The position numbers and the translations under genes were made by a program. From the IMG/VR virus record IMGVR_UViG_3300010361_000007, positions 1-39,057 of that record: a DNA stretch of 39,057 bases, one strand, 5' to 3'. The stretch is from a virus (Duplodnaviria > Caudoviricetes). The notes below the pieces were generated by a model. That model was not told the origin of the DNA. It did no database searches and was given only the letters and a program-made list of their open reading frames with translations. This document shows positions 33,661 through 39,057 of the stretch, one piece after another; position 1 is the stretch's first letter, and each line of letters opens with the position of its first letter.

Positions 33661-35000
33661 GTCAGTGCGGCGTAGTGCCAGGCCCCGCCGTAGCGGGCGT
33701 ACATGCGTCCGTTGGTACTGTCAATGCGAATCATGCCGTCAGTTGGATTGATGACATCGCCATCAATGGCAGCACCGGCCTTCACTCCAGTGGCCACGGC
33801 TCCAGCAAAGAATCCGTTTCTCGGTCGGTTGGCCCCGCTCGCGCCGATGTCGTAGGCGTTGTCGGCGACGGCGATCAGATGCCCGGTGCCTGGGATCTGC
33901 CAACGACCGGTGCCTGCACTATTGAATTGAAGCGCCGCGCCTGCGCCCTGAGTTCCGATGAAGAGATGGCTGACCGGTCCTGTCCCGGCCTGCTCCTGAT
34001 AGATGGTCGTGGTCGCACCACAGGTAATGGTGAGGCGGGCGTAGTTGCTAGCGTCCGTAAAGGTTTGATAGATCCTCAGCGTCTGCGGATTGGTGGCGTT
34101 GCGCTGCTCGATGACGTTGTTGGTGGGTATCCAGGCGGCGTTGGTATCCAGTTTCAGAATCGCCGTGCCGCTATAGGCTCCGCCTGCGGCCCAGGTGAAG
34201 AAGTTCGCGCCGGTCGGAATAAACGACACGAGCTGACTGGTTGCCAGACCCATCCCATAGGCTGCGCCTGCACCTGGGTCGTAGATCCGAATCTTGTCGC
34301 CGACACCGGTCGTCAAAAACGTCAGGTAGCCACCACCACTCATCGCGGCGACCTGCGTACCGTTGACCGCGCCGCCCTTGGCCCAATAGAACGCGGCGGT
34401 GTCCGGCATATACGCCGTCCAGGCGTTGCTCAGAATGCCCATGCCATATGAGCCGGTGTACAGCGAGATCTTGTTTCCGACACTGGTGCCGAAGTCAGCG
34501 ATGCCGCCCACGTACACATTCCGAGGTCTGGTCGTCCCTCCGGAGTCACCGATGTCGTAGGTTGTATCCGGGCTGAACGTGAGGTTCTGGGTGAGCGGCA
34601 GCGCGAGGACCCCGCTCGACGGCGTCTGCCAGCTCGTCGCGTAGTCCGTCGACGACGTCTTGGTGAGCACTTGGCCGCTGGTGCCACCGGCGGGCAGTCC
34701 CGAGGTCGCCCCGTCGGTGGTCACCGTCGTCCGCACCGGGGTATACCCCGCGCACGTCACGTACAGGTCCAGCTCGCGTTCGCTGGCGAGCCAGAAGTTG
34801 ACCAGGCCGTCGGCGCCCACCATCAGAGGGTTCGGCAGCGTGGTCCCGCTCGTGTTGTCGGCGTACACCGTGTCAGCTATCGGCGTGCTGGTACCGACGT
34901 TGTAGAGCGCGGCAGTGGCCGTCGCGGTCGAGGGTGGCATGCCCACCGCGCCGTTCGGCCAACGCAACTGCACCGTATCGCGGAACTGGGCCCTCGCCAT
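33657..35000 (-). CDS. Tail fibre protein
   Basis: LPAGGTSGQVLTKTSSTDYATSW, two YDIG...RPRN motifs, GMIRIDSTNGRMYARYGGAW end. Confidence 0.8.
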   Translation of the reverse strand: MARAQFRDTVQLRWPNGAVGMPPSTATATAALYNVGTSTPIADTVYADNTSGTTLPNPLMVGADGLVNFWLASERELDLYVTCAGYTPVRTTVTTDGATSGLPAGGTSGQVLTKTSSTDYATSWQTPSSGVLALPLTQNLTFSPDTTYDIGDSGGTTRPRNVYVGGIADFGTSVGNKISLYTGSYGMGILSNAWTAYMPDTAAFYWAKGGAVNGTQVAAMSGGGYLTFLTTGVGDKIRIYDPGAGAAYGMGLATSQLVSFIPTGANFFTWAAGGAYSGTAILKLDTNAAWIPTNNVIEQRNATNPQTLRIYQTFTDASNYARLTITCGATTTIYQEQAGTGPVSHLFIGTQGAGAALQFNSAGTGRWQIPGTGHLIAVADNAYDIGASGANRPRNGFFAGAVATGVKAGAAIDGDVINPTDGMIRIDSTNGRMYARYGGAWHYAALT

Positions 35001-35005
35001 CGGAG

Positions 35006-35386
35006 CTAGGCGTTGCCTTCGATGGCCACGCTCGCCGACAACCGTGCCGGGCCCGTCGTCGTGACGCTGTTGATCTGCACCGTGACACGGTCACCGGGCC
35101 GCACGCCGACCTTGTTCGGATCGCCCGGTGCGTTGGTAAATTCGCCGGTGCCCGAGGCGAGTGTGGGCTTGCTGCCGGCCGTGGCCCAGATGCTGGTGCC
35201 ATTGACGAGCACGTCGCCGACGCACGCGCCGCCGCCGGCCGTCGCGGCGTAGAACTTGATGCCGGTGATGCGGCCGAAGCAGACGATCACGTACTCGTTC
35301 AGGATCTGGGCGGCCGTGACCGCGGCGTTCGAATAGCCGGCGACGGTGTCGACGATGTTCTTGGCTTGCGCGCGTGTACCTGGCAT
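35006..35386 (-). CDS. Virion structural protein (126 aa, beta-sandwich-like)
   Basis: DVLVNGTSI...GDRVTVQI pattern; GGAGG upstream. Confidence 0.65.
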   Translation of the reverse strand: MPGTRAQAKNIVDTVAGYSNAAVTAAQILNEYVIVCFGRITGIKFYAATAGGGACVGDVLVNGTSIWATAGSKPTLASGTGEFTNAPGDPNKVGVRPGDRVTVQINSVTTTGPARLSASVAIEGNA

Positions 35387-35407
35387 CGGGGGAAAGCCTC
35401 CTGCCTC

Positions 35408-36211
35408 CTAACGATGGCGCCTGCCAGCGGCAGGCTCGGGCTGGGGTTCGGGTTCCGGTTGTGGCTCGGGTTCAGGTTCCGAGGGTTGCGGTGCTTCGGT
35501 GTCGTCATCCTCGTCTTCGGGCTCCGGATTGGGATCGGGCTGCGGGGGTGTCCCATACCCGAGCGCGCGCAGGGTGCTAGCGACCGCGGCGGCGATCGAC
35601 TCGGCGCCGGCGGTATTGCCCCCGTTGATCACGCCCGTGCGCTGCAAGCCGGCCACGATCGCGTCGCCCAATTCCTGCTGCTGGCGGCGGTCGCCGTGCA
35701 TCACCGACTGGTGCTGCTTGAGCGCGCGCACGGTGGCGAAGTCGTCGCGGCCGCAGTACTCGCACTCGTCGGGCGCCGGCGGCACGGCGATGCCCGCGAG
35801 CTGCGGGAAGTGCGCCGGCCGCGCCCCGCGCCAGCAGCCCTGCGCTTTGGCTGAGCCGGCACCGGGCGCGCCCGAGTGGGTGAGGTGGTCCTTGGCGTCG
35901 CCCACGTGCCGCTCGCACGTCGGCACCAGCGGCGGCCGCAGGTGGTAGCCCAGGTCGATGACCTGCTCGGGGCTGAGCTCGCGTGCGCCACCGGCCTGGA
36001 ACAGCGCCTCGAACGGGTGGTCCATGTAGTACGCGCTCGAGCCGAACTGCCCGTAGTCGGCGAGCACGACCACGCCGCGGTTGATCTTTTTCATGAGCTC
36101 CATCGGGCTCGCATCGACGGCCTGGACCTCGCCCGAGGTAAACCGGACGTAGACCATGCCCTGGTCGGCGATGACCGCGTTGGGCGCGTCAGTGGTCAGT
36201 GCTTCAGCCAC
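35408..36211 (-). CDS. Hypothetical protein with C2H2-like Zn finger and acidic PE-repeat tail
   Basis: AGGAGG plus GTG 36211; CEYCGRDDF.....LKQHQSVMH. Confidence 0.75.
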   Translation of the reverse strand: MAEALTTDAPNAVIADQGMVYVRFTSGEVQAVDASPMELMKKINRGVVVLADYGQFGSSAYYMDHPFEALFQAGGARELSPEQVIDLGYHLRPPLVPTCERHVGDAKDHLTHSGAPGAGSAKAQGCWRGARPAHFPQLAGIAVPPAPDECEYCGRDDFATVRALKQHQSVMHGDRRQQQELGDAIVAGLQRTGVINGGNTAGAESIAAAVASTLRALGYGTPPQPDPNPEPEDEDDDTEAPQPSEPEPEPQPEPEPQPEPAAGRRHR

Positions 36212-36636
36212 GTTGCTGGTGCCTCCTCCTCGACTTCTAAAAACTCGGTGGCGATGGCGGGACGATGGAAAATCGCGGCGTACTCCCAGTCGACCTCGTC
36301 GGTCATCAGGTGCGCCGCCTTGGGGCCAAACGTCGGTAGGGTGCTCACCCGCCACAGCGCGTCGTCGGTCTTGCCCAGCGGCGTGCCTTTGTTGCCGCCC
36401 GGTGGCCGTTTGGGGAAACCCTTGATCGGGACAACGGGCAGTGGGCCGCGCGGCGGGCGGCCGCTCAGGCGCACGAAAGTCCAGCCGGCCCGCGCTAGCC
36501 GGGCCGTCATACGCTCGAGCGACCAGGCCAGGCGCGCCTGGAGCAGGTCGGGGTCCGGGCGCGCCGGCACGCGCACGTGGAACAGCACGGTGTACGCCTG
36601 CTGCTCGGGCTCGGGTCGGGTGATGACGTGCGGCAT
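36196..36636 (-). CDS. Hypothetical protein (146 aa)
   Basis: ATG 36636 TGATG-coupled (MPHVITRPEP). Confidence 0.65.
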   Translation of the reverse strand: MPHVITRPEPEQQAYTVLFHVRVPARPDPDLLQARLAWSLERMTARLARAGWTFVRLSGRPPRGPLPVVPIKGFPKRPPGGNKGTPLGKTDDALWRVSTLPTFGPKAAHLMTDEVDWEYAAIFHRPAIATEFLEVEEEAPATWLKH

Positions 36637-36899
36637 CAGGAGTACGACAGGACGATCGAGCCGCTCGTGAGATTGAGAATGATGCTCGTGCGACACGGGA
36701 TGTCGATGTCGACCATGGTGCCCACTGGTAGGGATGCCTGGCTGCCATAGACGGGCTGCCCGGCGTCGTAGAGCACCAGGCCACTGGTCGCGCCCGTCAC
36801 CAGCATTTTCGCGATGCGGCCAGGCCGGTTCTTGACAACCTGGCCGTTGCCCGTGCCAAGCGTGGCCGTGGTCTGGCCCTTGAAGGTTTCGACGGCCAT
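36636..36899 (-). CDS. Capsid decoration-like protein, paralog B (87 aa)
   Basis: MAVETFKGQT...; TGATG-coupled; similar to 36899-37183. Confidence 0.7.
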   Translation of the reverse strand: MAVETFKGQTTATLGTGNGQVVKNRPGRIAKMLVTGATSGLVLYDAGQPVYGSQASLPVGTMVDIDIPCRTSIILNLTSGSIVLSYS

Positions 36900-37183
36900 C
36901 AGGAATAGGTCACGATGCCGGCTCCGTCGGTGGGCGTCACCAGGTAGATCCCCGTCCGCGCGGGCATGTCGACGGGGTAAATCGTGCCCGAGGTCGGCGC
37001 GGCCGCCGACTGAAACAGGATGGTGCCACTGGCCGCGCTCGGGTTGTCGTACACGGTCAGCGTCCCGGACGTGACGTTGAGATTGACGAAGACCTTGGCC
37101 ACGCGTCCCGCGCGCGCCTTGATGACCTGATTGGTACCGCCATTCCACACCGCGTACGTCTGGCCGCTAAAGGCTTCTTCCAC
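36899..37183 (-). CDS. Capsid decoration-like protein, paralog A (94 aa)
   Basis: IKARAGRVAKV...LTVYDN...GTI beta-rich pattern, directly after the capsid gene. Confidence 0.7.
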   Translation of the reverse strand: MEEAFSGQTYAVWNGGTNQVIKARAGRVAKVFVNLNVTSGTLTVYDNPSAASGTILFQSAAAPTSGTIYPVDMPARTGIYLVTPTDGAGIVTYS

Positions 37184-37189
37184 GGGGTA

Positions 37190-38071
37190 TCACTTCACAC
37201 AGAGCGTTTTGACACTCCAGTTGCTCGAGTTCGTCGTCGCCGCCGCGGCCTCGTCGGCTTCGAGGCGCTCGAACATACCATAAATAGTATCCATCGAGAC
37301 TACCCAGCTGAGGTCTAATGGGCTGTACCAAGTATGGGTAGTTGGTTGTCTTTGAATTGCCTTGAAATAGTGCGTCTTTGACCAGAACGCGCCCGTGGCG
37401 TTGGGAGCCGTGCCCGACAACAACTGCGACTCGTAGACGTCGGCGCCGTAGATCTTGCCCACGCGCGCCTCTTCCACCGCGGTGCCGCCCTCGTCCTGGC
37501 CGACGTACAGCATGTTGGTGAATTTCTCCAACTTGAGAAAGCCCGAGTAGGTGGCGGGCGGGACGACGATGTACCACGGCCGTGGCGCGGCGTTGTTGCG
37601 GAGCAAGGTGCGCGCCTGGATCAGGTTGTCGTCGGTCAGCTCGGCGCCGTTGGTGCCCACCGAGTTGGTCGCGGCTGAGAACAGACCCGCGGCGTCGACG
37701 TCCATCTGGCGCGCAAGCGCGTAGGCGCCGGCGATCGTCGTCTCCGAACGGATGTCGTATCGGCTCTGGATCTCAGCGATGTCCTCAATCATCTGCGCGA
37801 TGGCGCGGTGACCGTTGGTCATCGGCAACACGAACTGCTGCTGCGTCTCGGTGATGGCCTGCGGCGTGAGCGCGGCACCCGCGGCCTTGGCGGACGCGGT
37901 CAGGTTGTGTCGGCTCGGCAGGTTGATCGTGTTGGCGTGCTGGTCGACGAGCGCGGACTTATCGTCGAAGAGCGCGGCGACGACGACGTCGTACTGAATC
38001 GCACGGTTGAGCTCTGGCGACCACACCTGATCGATAAATACGGCACTTGTGCTGATCGTGACGTTGGCCAA
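37190..38071 (-). CDS. Major capsid protein (HK97 fold, P22/T7-like)
   Basis: FIDQVWS, TINLP, AYALARQMD, VGKIYGADVYES, DTIYG motifs; TTG start. Confidence 0.9.
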   Translation of the reverse strand: MANVTISTSAVFIDQVWSPELNRAIQYDVVVAALFDDKSALVDQHANTINLPSRHNLTASAKAAGAALTPQAITETQQQFVLPMTNGHRAIAQMIEDIAEIQSRYDIRSETTIAGAYALARQMDVDAAGLFSAATNSVGTNGAELTDDNLIQARTLLRNNAAPRPWYIVVPPATYSGFLKLEKFTNMLYVGQDEGGTAVEEARVGKIYGADVYESQLLSGTAPNATGAFWSKTHYFKAIQRQPTTHTWYSPLDLSWVVSMDTIYGMFERLEADEAAAATTNSSNWSVKTLCVK

Positions 38072-38116
38072 GGTGTTCTGAAGCCCCCGAAGAGGGCGTT
38101 GTTAGCGGGGTTCTAA

Positions 38117-39004
38117 CTAGCCCTGGTTGCGGCCATTCGCGGCATCGGACGCCATCTGGGCTGTCAACGCGTCGATCACGGCGCTCGGCAGTTTGGCGGC
38201 GTCCTTGGGCGACATGGCCAGATATTCCTCAAGTCCAATGGTGCCTGAGAGATTGGGCGCGCCGGCGCCGTTGGTGCGCTCGGGTGTCGCACGCGAGCCG
38301 ACCAGACGGCCTCGCAGACCGGTGAGCTCGGCTTCGAGTTTGGCGACCTGATCGTCCCGGCTCTTCTTGCCCAGGTCGAACGCGCGTTTGGCGAGCTCGG
38401 CCGCGGAGGGTGCCGTGTGCAGGCTCTGGTACCCGTCCTGATCAATGCCGTCCATGTGGCCGATCGTGAGAAAATCGGCGGCCATCTCCTGCAAGATCTG
38501 CTGACGGGTGCTCTGCATCAGCGCGGCGGCCTGGCGATTGCCCGAATACAGTTGCAGGATGCCCTGACGGGCACGATCCTGGGTGGCGTAGTCCGGCGAG
38601 GCCAGGTCGTTGAACAAGGACTCGATCCGCGTGTTGGCCTCGCGCTGAGTTTGCAGGAACGTGTCCCGCTGTTGTCGTTCGGCCTGCTCGCGCTCAAGCG
38701 CGGCGCGCCCTTCGGCCAGACCCCGCTGGTACGCATCGTCGCCGCGCTGGCGTCGGGAGCTCTGAGGTTCACCTTCTTTTCCGAGGGGTGATGACTCAGA
38801 TCCAGCAACGTCGGGTGCGGGAGGCGATACGGTCGCTTCGGCAGGTTCCGGTGCAGGCGCGGGCGGTGCGGCTGGTTCGGCGGGTCTCAGTGACTCTGGG
38901 TACAGATTGAGGTCTGGACCGAGTTGCACATCGACATTGGACGAACCAGCGTCCGGGCTCGTGGGTGCAGGTGCGCCTTGCTCTGGCGACGGCGTCTCTG
39001 ACAT
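38117..39004 (-). CDS. Capsid scaffolding protein
   Basis: Pro/acidic N-terminus, coiled coil, LAMSPKD C-terminal helix; directly upstream of the capsid gene. Confidence 0.75.
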   Translation of the reverse strand: MSETPSPEQGAPAPTSPDAGSSNVDVQLGPDLNLYPESLRPAEPAAPPAPAPEPAEATVSPPAPDVAGSESSPLGKEGEPQSSRRQRGDDAYQRGLAEGRAALEREQAERQQRDTFLQTQREANTRIESLFNDLASPDYATQDRARQGILQLYSGNRQAAALMQSTRQQILQEMAADFLTIGHMDGIDQDGYQSLHTAPSAAELAKRAFDLGKKSRDDQVAKLEAELTGLRGRLVGSRATPERTNGAGAPNLSGTIGLEEYLAMSPKDAAKLPSAVIDALTAQMASDAANGRNQG

Positions 39005-39057
39005 CGAGGGTTCTGGGAAAGTCTCAGACGCCGTTACTGTACGTCAACCTGGCGTTA
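38935..39057. repeat. Terminal direct repeat (copy 2)
   Basis: Identical to 1-123. Confidence 0.95.

Noticed and set aside
29199-35000. Diversity-generating retroelement or invertible fibre cassette
   Set aside because: No reverse transcriptase, no template/variable repeat pair and no flanking inverted sites were seen.
38935-39057. Biological direct terminal repeat of the virion DNA
   Set aside because: It falls within the scaffold gene start and is more simply an assembly overlap; read-end data would be needed.

Overview
The window is most likely a complete, circular temperate podovirus-like phage genome of about 38,934 bp (positions 1-123 repeat exactly at 38935-39057). It is high-GC with a probable monoderm host; an AGAAC-N4-GTTCT LexA box and a DnaC-type Zn finger point to Chloroflexota (inference). 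Reading the minus strand around the circle: an SOS-boxed gene, early/replication genes (RHH, VRR-NUC, HNH, Rpf-like transglycosylase, RecT-like, replication initiator), terS, terL, portal, six tiny basic proteins, large ejection proteins, scaffold, major capsid, tandem decoration paralogs, tail fibre, tail tube/nozzle and lysis genes. A large serine recombinase with two small XRE regulators sits centrally, and a plus-strand early arm carries two DNA methyltransferases. The most striking feature is a tRNA-like gene (7305-7379) with an initiator-type acceptor stem but a UGU anticodon. It lies just before a virion gene whose perfect Shine-Dalgarno points at an in-frame ACA codon, in a sequence complementary to the whole anticodon loop. 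All family calls are by-eye motif recognition; no database searches were run.
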